64,000 nucleotides of DNA from Octopus vulgaris (GCA_951406725.2 OX597837.1:42222001-42286000), one strand, 5' to 3'. Counted from the stretch's first letter, positions 11,635 to 25,829 are shown. Numbers and translations are program-made. The notes: a model not told the origin generated them from the sequence alone.

Positions 11635-12269
11635 TATATATAAATGTATGTATTGATACCTGTATGTACATATACATGTTAACATATATATATATAATAT
11701 ATATATATACACATGTGTGAACATGATACACACATGCACACACACACACACATACACACAGGTATATGCTTACACACAAACACATACATAACACTACAGT
11801 ACACTGCGCACACAGAAAAATGTAGAACTAGAAATCAGAAAGAGATAAAACAATAACAATTGTCATCATATGCTTGCCTGAGTAATGTAATGTATTTGTC
11901 CTGACATGCACTTGCACATACCACTATAGCAAGTGACATTACTTATAATCTACAGCCTGCTTGTTTGTGTTCATTTTATTCATTGATTTACACGTTAGTT
12001 TTTACTTCAGAAACAATCCATTTTCTTTAAGACGTCAAACACTTTTCTTACGAAAGCTCAACTGGCAGTGATACAGTTATACTAAGGGAAATAACTAGTA
12101 AGAAGTAAAAAAAAAAAGAATAAATCTTAATAATCGCATCTTTATATGCACATGGAACACAGCGTGTGGTTTTAAAAACAACTGTTGTGTGTTTGAAAGT
12201 ACTAAGTGTGAGTGCACGCATGCGTTTGAGTGTGTATTTGTGTATATACGTATGTGTGCATGCATTTGA

Positions 12270-12306
<37 letters not shown>

Positions 12307-13163
12307 TGAGTGTGAGAGAGAGAGAGAAAGAGAGGGATAGGGGGCAGGATGTGAGATGGAGAATATGTGCTTGTAAAGTGTTAAATATATTTATAGTGCT
12401 ATAATTGGAATAAAAGCAAATACCTACCTACTTACATGCCTACATACATACACATATAGACACACACACACACACACACACATACACATACATATTAATA
12501 TACACATACGCACAAATAGTTACGGCACACAAGTGCTAGCTGAGGATCAGTTTTCTCTGCTGTCATGTGTCTTGAAGTGCCACGATAAGTGGCAAGACCC
12601 AGTCCTCCTACCCATTGTAGAACAAAAGAAAAAAAAACTGCACATGAAACAGTGATGATAATTAAAGTGCTTATGCATGATACATAATGGTGAAAGCATT
12701 GGTTCTGGAATTTAGAGAGAATGAAACAGCCACAACACAGAGGTTAGCATTTCATTTCCTGTTCCTGCATTACAACTAGACTTAAGTATCCAGGCCAAAA
12801 TGGCATGATTTTGTAGGAATTCACACATTAAAATTAATGAATATTTATTGGTTAACAGTCTTCTGCTAAACTTTATTTATCAGTCCATTTTCCTCTATGA
12901 CAATGAGGAAAAAAAAAAGTACTTTGGATGAGGGTCCAGAACACTGTTCCTTCAATAATCTCAAGAGCAGGGCGTAAACCAAGAGTTGATAATATGAATT
13001 GTCAGGTATGCGTGTTCCATGGAATATTTAGAATATGGAAATGGAAAATAACATGCATACCATCTTTTAGTGCCTTTAGATATGCTAACATACACACAGA
13101 CTTACACATTCTTATATATATATACATATGTATGTGTATACCTATATTTCTAGATATATACAT

Positions 13164-13466
13164 CACCGCGACCGACCAGGCTATCAAATGTTGCTACACA
13201 TCGCTGGTCACAATACACTTCGCATTGTTTTAGCCTTCAAATGACACCACACCGCTGGCTAAACGAGCAGGCCAACAGAAGAAAGAGTGAGAGAAAGTTG
13301 TGGCGAAAGAGTACAGCAGGGATCACCACAACGCCCTGCCGGAGCGTCGTGGAGCTGTTAGGTGTTTTCGCTCAATAAACACTCACAACACCCAGTCTGG
13401 GAATCGAAACCACGATCCTACGACCGCGAGTCCGCTACCCTAACCACTGGGCCATTGTGCCTCCAC
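13164..13466 (-). mobile_element. tRNA-derived SINE, head D, with 12-bp TSD
   Basis: Minus head GTGGAGGCACAATGGCCCAGTGGTTAGGG...GGTTTCGATTCCCAG. AGATATATACAT at 13152-13163 and 13467-13478. Confidence 0.9.
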
Positions 13467-13844
13467 AGATATATACATATGCATGTATATATCTATATTT
13501 CACAGAGACAATGAAAGAAAATATAACTTGTGTTGTGAGAGTAGAAAGTTTATATAAGTTGACTCAGCCCCAAATTACTGAAATTTTCATAAAGATAACT
13601 GCCCAGCTTGTGTTCATGGTCAGACATTAACTGTGGTCATATGATGGAGTAGGCAGTTGTTTAAGTGATGTGGGAGCTGTGTCAGCTAAATATATTTTTA
13701 ACTATTAATAAACACACATACATGCATGCATACACAAAGACTCTCACACTTATACATACACAATTATACATGGGGGTGTAGAAAATGCATGTGTGTCTAT
13801 AGAAATACAGATATACACATGCATATATATATATAAATATCTAC

Positions 13845-14073
13845 TTCTTTACTACCCACAAGAGGCTAAACACAGAGAGGACAAACAAGGACAGACAAAT
13901 GGATTAAGTCAATTACATCGACCCCAGTGCGTAAGTGGTACTTAATTTATCGACCCCGAAAGGATGAAAGGCAAAGTCGACCCCGGCGGAATTTGAACTC
14001 AGAACATAACGGCAGACAAAATACCGCTAAGCATTCCGTCCGGCGTGCTAACATGTCTGCCAGCTCACCGCCT
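13845..14073 (-). mobile_element. SINE family B
   Basis: Reverse complement of 2716-2943. Confidence 0.88.
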
Positions 14074-14479
14074 TATTAAATACCATCAGCATGTGTGTAT
14101 GTTTGCATGCATATGTATAAATATAAATGTGTGTGTGTGTATGCATGTGCATATGTGCGTGTGTGTGCAAATAAGCAAGTACATGTGTATATGTATATAG
14201 GCATGAAGTATGTGTATAAGTATATATATGTATAATCTGCATACATTTATATACATATGTAGGCAAAAAGGAAGCAGAGGCGGGTCATCAAAGGGAACAG
14301 TTGGAAAGAGATGCGGAGAGATTTAACTAGAAAATACTGGACTTGAAAGATGAGATGACACAGCATCAACAAGATTGATGACACGTCAGGCTTCAGATGT
14401 ATCTAATGCATGTTAACATGGTAATATGGAGGTTAAACGAAGATAATTAAGAAAATATTGATGATGCACACAAACACAA

Positions 14480-14512
<33 letters not shown>

Positions 14513-14624
14513 CACACATACATAGAAAGACTGGCACAAGAGAAAAGCGATACAGGTGATCATGAGGTATATGAAGTAATAAATTTATTCATATACGTAT
14601 CAGTAAGTTGTGAAACTTTGCTCA

Positions 14625-14677
14625 TACATACGTACACACACACACACATACATACATGCATACACACATATATATGC

Positions 14678-14722
<45 letters not shown>

Positions 14723-14966
14723 CACACATATATACCTATACATCTATATATATCTATACATATAATATATACCTATGCATCTATATATATATCTATACAT
14801 ACATATATATATATACACATATATCTATACATATATAGACATATATATATATATACACATATATCTATACATATATAGACATACATATATATACTTATAT
14901 CTATACACACACACACACATATATATAGTCCAACCCATGCTAGCATGGAAAACGAATATTAAACGA

Positions 14967-15017
<51 letters not shown>
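14625..15017. repeat. (TA)/(CA) microsatellite tract with a 40-bp family C tail at 14928-14970
   Basis: Read directly. Confidence 0.9.
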
Positions 15018-15020
<3 letters not shown>

Positions 15021-15208
15021 GTGAAGTTACATGATTTATTCCTGATATTTACAAATATAGAAACAAAATGATTGATGATTAAACGTGTTTCTGACTCCAA
15101 GAAGTTGAGTAAGACCCAACTAGGATAACATTTTTGTCATGCAAGTTGTTAGACAACAAAATTTGTTATAGACAAGGTTGATTATATATATACATACATA
15201 TATATATA

Positions 15209-15587
15209 CTAGCAGTATCGCCCGGCGTTGCTCGGGTTTGTAAGGGAAATAACTATATAAGCATTTTTAGAGATGTAAAGTATAATAGCCATCTCAATAT
15301 GGCTAACCACAAAGGGGGGCGTTACTGTAGCTTTTTACGTTCTGAGATTTAATAATAAATATTTAGAGAGTTACTTCACTTATATATGCCAAAAATGCAT
15401 TAAAAATGGGAAAAATTGATGGTAATTTTTTTTTTTAAATCGTAGACTCATTGTAGACGTGCGCTAATACCCAGAAGAGCTCAGTATGAAATCACGACTA
15501 TAAGATACCCGGTTTTGGTTAAACTGCACCGCAAAATGTGGGAGTAGTTAGGAATCTAAATCATAGGAGACAGACAGCACACAACCT

Positions 15588-15592
<5 letters not shown>
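15209..15592 (-). mobile_element. Non-autonomous Helitron inserted in (TA)n
   Basis: Minus strand ends ACCCGAGCAACGCCGGGCGATACTGCTAG|T: GC-rich subterminal hairpin followed by CTAG. No TSD or TIR. The 5' end merges into (TA)n. Confidence 0.75.
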
Positions 15593-15635
<43 letters not shown>

Positions 15636-16769
15636 ATGATAATGAAGTCAAACCAAATAACATTTTGAAAGCATTTCATATGTACATTTCAGATCGTTGC
15701 ATAATATATATATATAATGGGAAATATTTGTCTTATGCAAAACTCCTCAGTTTTGTTATTTTTATGAAATGAGTCGAAAATTCTGACATTCTACATCATT
15801 TCTAATCACATGCACATCGGCAAAATAAAAACTAAACAACAAAAGTCAATAGAACACCCAGTTTAAGATGGGAAAAAGAGGGGTTGGTGTAACATTTAAA
15901 GCATGGCTATTTGTCATGAGGAGGAAAGCAGAAAGGTCCAGAGAGAAGGAAGAAATTGGTTCTAGAAAAGCATGTGTGTGGTTGATTACATGGCTACACA
16001 CACACACAACATGGGGTCGATGTAATAAACTCATTCCCACCTCTCCCAAGTTGCCCTTGTGGCAAAAATTTGAAATTATTATTATCGTCGTCGTCATCAT
16101 TACTATTATCATTATTAATATTATTATTATTATTATTATAGAACATTTTCTCTAACAATGCCTCCGACCACAGACACACGTTTCTATACACATATGCAAT
16201 TACTCAACTACTGTATCTAGTCAGGCATATTCTAATTGAAATAAAATAATTAAAAGGTTAATATACATACACGGTAATATGGGGATTGGGAAATATTCAG
16301 TTTAATTTGAACTTAATAATAAAGAATATTCAAAACTGAAATAAAATCTATATTTCCAATATAATAAATACAATGTTTCATTTTTGACAGGCATAAAAAC
16401 AGTAGCATAATATTGAATATCTGTAGACGCATATCTTTCTGTCATATACACATCTACATAAAACATACATATCTACGTAACACAGACATCTCTACATAAT
16501 ACACGTATATTTACAGACTACATAACACCTATACATCTGTATAACACAAAAACATCCACATGACACACACACACACACATACCTCTCTCTCTCTATATAT
16601 ATATATATAAAACAAGCATACATAAAACATATATATATATATACATATATATAAAACAAGTACACATGAATGTATGACTCAATTAATAATTCTGCCTGTA
16701 TGTGGTTGTTCACCAAGCTAGAAATAACAGCCAAATAAACCCTTAAATTATACTCTGCGGTTTTAAGGG

Positions 16770-16970
16770 GTTTACAAACAGCTCCACATGCAGGTTAAAC
16801 ATTGCAACTGTTTCTGTCTAGTTGATGGCCAAGCCAGAATCATCACAAGCTGTGTCAAATGCAGATACAAGAGATTGCAGGCCCGTTTCAGAGGGACTGG
16901 CTGGATCGCAATCTTTAGCATATAAGAGGGCCCTCAAGAGTGAAGTAAAAACCTTTGTTTTGAATTTCAG
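16770..16970 (-). mobile_element. Decayed RTE-clade RT fragment
   Basis: LRALLYAKDCDPASPSETGLQSLVSAFDTACDDSGLAIN corresponds to LLFADDCAL.A.SE..LQ.L...F..AC..FGL.IN. Confidence 0.8.
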
Positions 16971-17241
16971 TCTGCCATGCGGTGGGACTGAACCCAGAAC
17001 CATGTGTTTGTCACCCACCACCACTTGACAACTGGTGTTGGTGACTTAGCGGTTCAGCAAAAGAGGCCAGTAAAAAAATAATAAGTCCTGGGGGCTAATT
17101 TGTTTGACTGAAAATTCTTCAACAGAATGGTCAGTTTAATGACTGAAACAAGTAAAAGATTAAAGACTGTCGTGGTTAACCCTGCTACTAAAGCAGAATA
17201 GTCATCTCAATATTCAAATGTGTCTCAATCGTCATCTTTCG

Positions 17242-17585
17242 TCATCATCATCTTCGTTTAGCATGCGCTTTCCATGCTAGCACGGGTTGGACGGTTCAAC
17301 TGGGGTCTGGGAAGCCAGGAGGCTGCACCAGGCTCCAGTCTGATCTGGCACTGTTTCTACGGCTGGATGCCCTTCCTAACGCCAACCACTCCGTGAGTGT
17401 AGTGGGTGCTATTTACGTGCCACCGGCACAGGTGCCAGACGAGGCTGGCAAACGGCCACGATCGGATGGTGCTTTTTATGTGCCTCCGGCACGGGGGCCA
17501 GGCGAGGCTGGCAACGGCCACATTCGGATGGTTCTCTTACGTACCACCGGCACTGGTATCACAGCTGCAATTTCCATTCATGTTG
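17242..17585 (-). mobile_element. Repeat family C, long form with internal duplicated unit
   Basis: (CAT)n tail at left. GGTGCT.TTTA.GTGCC.CCGGCAC...GAGGCTGGCAA unit occurs 2-3 times. Confidence 0.85.
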
Positions 17586-18097
17586 ACATATACTGTGTTT
17601 CTAATGGTTTTACCAGAAGAAGAAAATCACAATGATTTCAGGGTTCCTGAGACTGGTAGAAAGCAGGGTATTTTTCAACGGGTTTAAATGCAAGGGCTGC
17701 ATACTGAAGCTTCAATGCAAGCAACTCGTTTCTCCGTGGTATCATTTCAAAATGGCTCACACTCTGAAAAAGTGGTTGGCATTAGGAAGGGCACCCAGCT
17801 GTAGAATCTATGTTGAAACAGACAACTGGAGTTTGGACAGCACTCTGGCTGACCAGCTCCAGCCCTTATCTCATTCAACATCTGTTTTCCATGCTGGCAT
17901 GGGTTGGACCGATTTGATGGGAGCTGGCCAGTTGGAGATCTGCACCAGGCACCAATTTCATATACACACACATACACACACACTTTTTCTCTCTTAGAGA
18001 ACAGCAGAAATAACCAGGCAACTAACACTGGGGTTGTTTCCCCTGCTTACATGTTCTTGGTCAGCACAACAGGAAGAAGTTATCCTAGGACTCAAAG

Positions 18098-18430
18098 ACC
18101 ATCATCATCATTGTTCGACTGTGGTCAAGACAATGGAATTTACCATGCTACGCCAGACTTCACGGTCCATCATGGCATTACGGAGGTTCCTGTTGCTGGA
18201 TGCCTGTATCCCTGGAGATTACATCAGGGTAGGAGAGTGTGCGCCCTTTGGTATTGCGAGTAGACAGCTTCCAGAGGAGAAGAGTAGAAATTGTCTCTTT
18301 TTCAGCTCTACAACAATGTCCAGCAAACTGGACTCTCTTACCCTTCACAAGAGATGACACAGGTGGTAGTTTCCCATATATTTGCATTTTGGTTGGATGG
18401 CGCCTCCACGAGAGATTTTGACCAGGTGGC
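18098..18430 (-). mobile_element. 5'-truncated RTE-like LINE 3' end with (TGA)n tail
   Basis: LSWRRHPTKMQIYGKLPPVSSLVKGKRVQFAGHCCRAEKETISTLLLW...LSYPDVISRDTG, then frameshifted AMMDREVWR. Tail CATCATCATCA on plus strand. Confidence 0.88.
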
Positions 18431-18845
18431 AGCATTAATTTAGTTGACAGATTAAATCTAATTACTAGCAACAAGATAAATGGTCTCTCCAACAGGCTTC
18501 TTCTCCTAAAGTATTTTTACATCTGTGGACCAGCAAGTTGGGTATATCGGTGACTAACTGCATGTCGATCAGGTGGGTACTGTATTTTTGTTAAAGTGAG
18601 GGGTACATGATTTAGGATGTGGTGTCCATATGAGTAACAGCTGCATCGTCTCGGATGTTGGCGCAGAATTCCATTGTTGTCATAAATCTGTAATTCTATG
18701 ATCAGGATATTTGCACAGCAGCAGAATATAATGTAACATTTTTCAAGTGTACTGCAGTTAATCAGTTGTCACGTGCAGCAGCCACACATACACAGATATA
18801 CATACACTCAGATACATGTAGTTATATATATATATATATGTATAT

Positions 18846-19245
18846 ACTCTTACTCTCTTTTACTTGTTTCAGTCATTTGACTGCGGCCATGCTGGAGCAC
18901 CGCCTTTAGCCGAGCAAATCAACCCTGGGACTTGTTCTTTGTAAGCCCAGTACCTATTCTATCGGTCTCTTTTGCCGAACCGCTAAGTGACGGGGACGTA
19001 AACACACCAGCATCGGTTGTCAAGCAATGCTAGGGGGACAAACACAGACACACAAACATACATATATATATACATATATACGACAGGCTTCTTTCAGTTT
19101 CTGTCTACCAAATCCACTCACGAGGCATTGGTCGGCTCGAGGCTATAGTAGAAGACACTTGCCCAAGGTGCCACGCAGTGGGACTGAACCCGGAACCATG
19201 TGGTTGGTTAGCAAGCTACTTACCACACAGCCACTCCTGTGCCTA
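18846..19245 (-). mobile_element. SINE family A
   Basis: Colinear similarity to 46-461. Confidence 0.9.
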
Positions 19246-19344
19246 TACTAACAAATATATACTAACAAATTAATAAATAAAACATATGCATACATACATA
19301 CATATATGTACGTACCTACATCTACATGTATATATACATGCATA

Positions 19345-19524
19345 TATGGGTACAGGACACCCAAAAAACGTCGAACACAATGAGAAACGAAAACATAAAC
19401 ACAAAACCAAGGAAATGGACATTTTTCTTAAACAACGAAAAAATAGAGTACAGGTCATATAACATAAGGAAAATTCCCCTTCTTCAGTCGCCATGGTTTC
19501 ATCTACTCCGCGTTTCGAAGGTCA
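19345..19524 (-). mobile_element. Possible Penelope-like terminal fragment in a TA-rich site
   Basis: CpG-retaining 180-bp insert between TA-rich tracts. Minus strand has CCTTCGAAACGCGGAGTA...CTGAAGAAGG (hammerhead-core-like words). Confidence 0.35.
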
Positions 19525-19677
19525 ATATATACAGACAACCACATGTTATTATAAAATTAATTTCTTCATCTGGGACTTTAAGTTTTGCTTGTCAACTTGT
19601 TCCTTGTACTGAAGCCCTACATCCAGTAAATATCATTGCTTTTCTTAAAATTCTCATAAAAACAACAACCAAGAATA

Positions 19678-19908
19678 TATTTCTTTACTACCCACAAGGG
19701 GCTAAACACAGAAGGGACAAACAAGGACAGACAAAGGGATTAAGTCGATTATATCGACCCCAGTGCGTAACTGGTACTTAATTTATCGACCCCGAAAGGA
19801 TGAAAGGTAAAGTCGACCTTGGCGGAATTTGAACTCACAACGTAGCGGCAGACGAAATATGGCTACGCATTTCGCCCGGCGTGCTAACGTTTCAGCCAGC
19901 TCACCACC
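19678..19908 (-). mobile_element. SINE family B
   Basis: Reverse complement of 2716-2943. Confidence 0.9.
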
Positions 19909-20604
19909 TCACAACCAAGAATAATCAACAACATGTCAACAGGTTAAGTCCCACTGTGCAGAGTGTTAGGCAAGTGTCTTCTGCTGCTATCACCTTGGGC
20001 CGACAAATGTCTTATAAGTGAACTCAGGAGGCTGAAACTGCATGGAAGTTTGTGAGTGTATGGAGAGCTGTCATTTTCACGTCTCACAGGGGAGAATGGG
20101 GAAAGAAGAAAAAAAGTGTCATTGTATTTATATCCTAGATGAACTTTGCATCCTGTAGCTCTGCACTTTCAAAGAAAGAAGAATGAAAATTCAGACAACT
20201 CTTTGATAAGGCCAACTACTGGAAAAGCTTAGAAGTTACTGTCAATAGAATTTAAAAAAATATATATGAATCTATTAGTGTAAAAACTTTAATTATGCAT
20301 GTATGGACAATGACGATGCATTACTTCATAGTTAGGATGTTTCACTCACAATTGTGAGATCATGGGTTTGATTCCCAGGTTGGATGATGTGTTGTGTTTC
20401 TGAGCAAAACACTTCGTCTCATACGGCTGTAAGATCACTTCAGCATCTGATATGGGGCACACACTTCTAGAAGCAACGTTGGGGGGGGGGGACACTGGGC
20501 TAATGCGTAGCGCAAACATTCAATCACTATGAACATATATAAACGTATAATCTGTGCAGGTTGTTCAGCAGGAAATTGCAGGACCCCCATCTGTTGTCTA
20601 CAAG

Positions 20605-20777
20605 AGGAAGGGCATCGTGGCGTTAGGAAGGGCATCGTGGCGTTAGGAAGGGCATCCTGGCATTAGGAAGGGTATCCTGGCATTAGGAAGGGCATTGTGG
20701 CATTAGGAAGGGTATCCTGGCATTAGGAAGGGCATTGTGGCGTTAGGAAGGGCATCCTGGCGTTAGGAAGAGCATCC
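20605..20777 (+). repeat. 20-bp minisatellite, about 9 copies, derived from family C
   Basis: Unit C(G/A)TTAGGAAGGGCATC(G/C)TGG. The last unit continues into the family C body (to about 20900). Confidence 0.95.
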
Positions 20778-21766
20778 AGCTGTAGAAACATTGCCAGATC
20801 AGACTGGGCCTGGTGCAGCCTTCTGGCTTCCCAGACCCCAGTTGAACTGTCCAACCCATGCTAGCATGGAAAGCGGACGCTAAATGATGAGGATGATGAT
20901 ACACACACACACGCACACACACCCACACACACATATGTATATATGTGTATCTATACACACACACACACATATCTCCAAATATTTTAATTTTACGCAGTAA
21001 TGTTGTCCTATTGAGCAGAGGTAAATGACCATATGAATACAGACTGCAATCAAATTTACATTTGCAAGTTCCAAAAGATTTTTACATCTCTTATATTGCT
21101 ATCACCGTTCCGAGATATACGGAATGTTATTAAACTCCCAGCCTCCCCTTCTAAATCTCGGTCTCTGAGACTGCTTAAATAATCAATATTAATTTACATA
21201 AAAACCACATCTATATTATTATTAGATAATTTAATTTCATATTTATTTGTGAATAATTACCATCTGAAGAGTGAACTCGGATGATGAGGTGTCCTGCTCT
21301 GCATAAACTATCAGGATGTGACCTGGGCTGCAAGGTTGAGTTATGAGACTCTAGTTAAAATAACTGATGTATCCATGACAATATAAACTTTTAGCCATAT
21401 ATGCAGTAGGAATTAAGTTCAGGAATGCATGTGTTTGTGTTTATGTATACACAGCCATTTACATATATATATATGTGTGTGTGTGTGTGATTGATACATT
21501 ATGAATATATTGATGATTCAAAAATATATAAGATATACATACGTTCACATTTATCATACTTATATGTGTATACATCAAAATACAGGTATTATGTATGTTT
21601 GCATGTGTATAAACACACGTGTACATATGAACCTCTATTTGCATACGTGTGTGTGTGTATATATACACATACACACACACACACACTCACAGACATATAT
21701 CATACATGTGCATATATTGATATACATGCTTTTGTCAATAAAGTATTTGTGTGTGAGTTTATGCCT

Positions 21767-21799
<33 letters not shown>

Positions 21800-21839
<40 letters not shown>

Positions 21840-21865
21840 AGGAGACAGAGAGGGAGGTGTGTGTT

Positions 21866-21900
<35 letters not shown>

Positions 21901-21914
21901 AGACAGAGAGGGAG

Positions 21915-21955
<41 letters not shown>

Positions 21956-21990
21956 AGGAGACAGAGAGGGAGGTGTGTGTATGTATATAT
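21800..21990. repeat. Compound 58-bp repeat x3: (TA)n-AGGAGACAGAGAGGGAGG-(TG)n
   Basis: Read directly. Confidence 0.9.
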
Positions 21991-22419
21991 GTTTGTGTGT
22001 GTGTTATATTACATGTATATCATTTAATGTCCATTTTCCATGTGGCATGGGTTGGCTGGCTTGCTACGAGCTGAACAGCTCCATGCTTTCTCTGAATTAC
22101 TTTACAGAGTGTATTGCAATTTTGTGTGATTTTTTTTTTCCCTTCCTTTCGTGACGCCCTTGCTAGTGAAATCACTATGTCACTTGGAAGTCAATGAAAA
22201 CACACACACACATAAGTAAATGAATAAATAAATGGAAGCAGCGCTCGACACATATACTGGGAGTTGCTTTTGTTGCATAGCAGGTTGATTTAGCTCCTCG
22301 TGTTACTTAATTTCGTGGACACAAGAAAACATGACCAATTAACCAGACATATAGAGAGAAATGTCACCACATGGAATAGCAACAGTGGGTAATGACCTTT
22401 GTTGTTAGCAGGCCTATAT

Positions 22420-22803
22420 TCTTTCTTTTTCTACTCTAGGAACAAGGCCCAAAATTTCTGGGGACGGGGTTAGTCAATTAGATCGACACCAGTATGCATC
22501 TGGCAATTAATTTATTGACCCTGAAAGGATGAAAGGCAAAGTTGACCTCGGTGGAATTTGAACTCAGAACGTAAAGATGAAATACCTATTTCTTTACTAC
22601 CCACAAGGGGCTAAACACAGAGAGGACAAACAAGGACAGACAAATGGATTAAGTCGATTATATCGACCCAGGTATTTAATTAACCGGCCCTGAAAGGATG
22701 AAAGGTAAAGTCAACCTTGGCGGAATTTGAACTCAGAACATAAAGATGAAGTACCGCTAAGCACTTCATCCAGTGTACTAACATTTCTGCCAGCTCACCA
22801 CCT
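22420..22803 (-). mobile_element. Two abutting family B SINE copies with different tails
   Basis: CCTGAAAGGATGAAAGG..AAGT..ACCT.GG.GGAATTTGAACTCAGAAC occurs twice. Confidence 0.82.
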
Positions 22804-23679
22804 TGTTAAAAGGTGTATATTAAATGCTAAAGAGACTTTTTATGACAGTGTGCATGTGAGTGTGTGTGCATGTGAGTGTGTATGCATGTGTGTTTGCAAC
22901 CGTTGATCTCCTACCAGTATTCCCCCCCCCTCCTCCTCCTCTTGCTATTGCTTACACTTCCTCCTATCTGTTTTATTTTATTTGTTTCAGACATTGGACC
23001 GTGGTCATACTGGAGTGTTTTGCTCAAGAACACAATGCATTGCCCGGTCCAGGAATCGAAACCACAATCTTACAATCATGATGCTGACACCCTAACCACT
23101 AAGCCACGTGCCTCCACCTCTCTAAATATAAATATATATTAATTTAAAACGAGGGTGTAAAATGCTCTTAAAGGAATATTGCTATCCAAGTTCCCCGGTT
23201 TTATCCAGTGTATCACTGAGAAACCAAAGATGTTTAGTCTCGCATTGATGGATAGGGGTACTTTACCAATTTTTGTGTGAGTAAAAGAAAACAGAGAAAC
23301 TGATATATAGACATTAATGTATTAGAACATATTCAATTCCAAACGACTATCAAACCCCTTGCACCTACACACACACACACACACACATATCAGTAACAAC
23401 TGAAGGACAGATATTTTATTCACCTATCTCAGAACATACCCTTTGCAAATTCTGAAGTATATCATGGACTGTGTATGTAATAAAATGTACATGTCTGAAC
23501 AGCTCAAGAGCGGATTATATACTCAGCTGGGTCAAACTGTCTGCATGCACTGCAGGAATATCATTGTGCCGGTACTTCTGTACCAAAGTTGAGATTTACA
23601 TAATATTGTTGTGTGAGTGTGTGTGTTATTCCAACCTAACGAGGTGCCTCAACTTAAGTACCTAATTCAACTGAATCTT

Positions 23680-23793
23680 ATATATATACATATATATATA
23701 TATATACATATATATAGATACATATATATATATATATATAAATATATACATACATATATATATATATACATATATATACATATATATATATAT

Positions 23794-23866
<73 letters not shown>

Positions 23867-23870
23867 TATA

Positions 23871-23915
<45 letters not shown>
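23680..23915. repeat. (TA)n-rich microsatellite
   Basis: Read directly. Confidence 0.95.
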
Positions 23916-23923
<8 letters not shown>

Positions 23924-24297
23924 CATTTTCCTCCACACGACAGATCAACTTGTCCAAAACTCAAGAACTTCACATTATACATTGTTACTGCTGACACAGG
24001 CCACTGTCAGCAGTTTCTACAGATTAAGGGTTTTTTCCCCCATCTACCTTTTTTTTTTTTCTACACATATATTAACGATAATTCCGTGGATATGACATTT
24101 ATTGAACGTTTCATGCAAAAAATTCCAAGGCATGTTACCTGTCCTTAACAGACAGGTGAATGAAAGAATATGCCTAGAATGCATCCCAATCAAAAGACAG
24201 AATTTCCAGCTTCGTTGCTCAACTCCTTTTGCCCTTTCACCTCTTCAAATACCTTCAGTCACTTAGCCACTTAGTTAGTACACATTCATACTCTCTT

Positions 24298-24328
<31 letters not shown>

Positions 24329-24587
24329 TACAGAGATGCATTCGTGTACACAAATTTGTGCAAACATTCACGAAAACATTTATACGTATTCTTTTACACA
24401 CACATACATATTCAATATAATTGTACACTTTTCCAAAGCAAACGTTTTATATAACGCCAACAGTTACAATGTAGGAATATAAGTTACAAACGCATGGACA
24501 CACAAATAGGTTTTGAAAAGAAAATAATTACGGAAGCTTACCGATATGCTTTTAAATTCATGAAGTATTTTATATAGTTATATGTTG

Positions 24588-24876
24588 GCCGATGCCAGTG
24601 TTGGCCAATGCCAGTGCCGCCTCGACTGGCTTCCGTGCCGGTGGCACGTAAAATTCACCAATCCGATCGTGGCCGTTGTCAGCCTCGCCTGGCACCTGTG
24701 CAGGTGGCATGTAAAAAGCACCCACTACACTCACGGAGTTGTTGGTGTCCAGGTGTAGAAACACTGCCAGATCAGACTGGAGCCTGGTGCAGCCTTCTGG
24801 CTTCCAAGATCCCCGGTCGAACCGTCCAACCCATGCTAGCATGGAGAACGGACGTTAAACGATGATGATGATGATG
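24588..24876 (+). mobile_element. Repeat family C, long form
   Basis: Reverse complement of 17242-17585, tail CGATGATGATGATG. Confidence 0.87.
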
Positions 24877-25829
24877 TTATCTCCTGATTTCAATGATGAC
24901 TGTCTGTCTCTTCCTAACAATACTTTCCAAAGAGCAGCAGCAACAGAGGCCACAGCTCCGATTGTGAAGACAGAATCCAAACCACTGCCTCTCATGAAAC
25001 AGCTATCATATACCTTTGCATCTAAATAAACTAAGGAAGTGGTGGTATTTCACGACTGCGAGCATGTGTGATACCCTGACTGCTGCAACAAGAACCAACC
25101 TGAAGATTCAAGAGCCAGACTACAAGAGAAGAGACCCATGTACAATGACGGTTCTATAGTGGTGTCCTCCAGTATCTCTATTTTCACTGTGAAGAAGATG
25201 AATCCAGGACAACTGTTTCAAAGTTGCCTACCACTGCTTGGTTTAATCCCAGGAAGCACTCCCCTAGCTTTTGGTCTTTGTGGACTCACTTTTACTTGTT
25301 TCAGCCATTGGACTGCAGCCATGCTGGAGCACCACCTCAAAGGGTTTTAGTCAAACAGATCAATCCCAGTACTTATTTTTTTCAAATCTAGTACTCATTC
25401 TATCAACTTTTTTTGCCAAATTGCTAAGTTATGAAGACATAAACAAACCAACACCAATCATCTAGCATTGCTTTGTTGGTTGCTTATCTACCCAAAGGGT
25501 AGCAAGTAGTGCAGAGTTTGCTTCCACCATAGCTTAGGAATCCTATCTATTTATCTCACTAAATATGACCTGAAATGAATAGTGTCAGTCACTCTCAGAC
25601 TAGTCTTATAGCATGCTCTTCCACTCCTCCATCTATTTCTATGTCCCTTTGGACGATTGTGAGATTGTTGTTGACCCTATGTTAGTTTCATCAACTCTTT
25701 TGACAGGTCTAATTTTTGTCTTCCTAGGACTCTTGCAACCCTTGTTACCAGGCTTGCCTGGTAAGGAAGCCAGTTTAGTTGTAGATGCTGATGGCTTGAA
25801 CACGTAACAGGTTGTACTGGATTTCATGA

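Noticed and set aside
20605-20777. CRISPR-like appearance of the 20-bp, 19-bp (5919) and 163-bp (37211) arrays
   Set aside because: Head-to-tail units with no unique spacers, no cas genes, eukaryotic context
21281-21367. C/D snoRNA-like ATGATGA ... CTGA spacing
   Set aside because: No convincing terminal stem or recognisable rRNA/snRNA guide; ATGATGA is very common here
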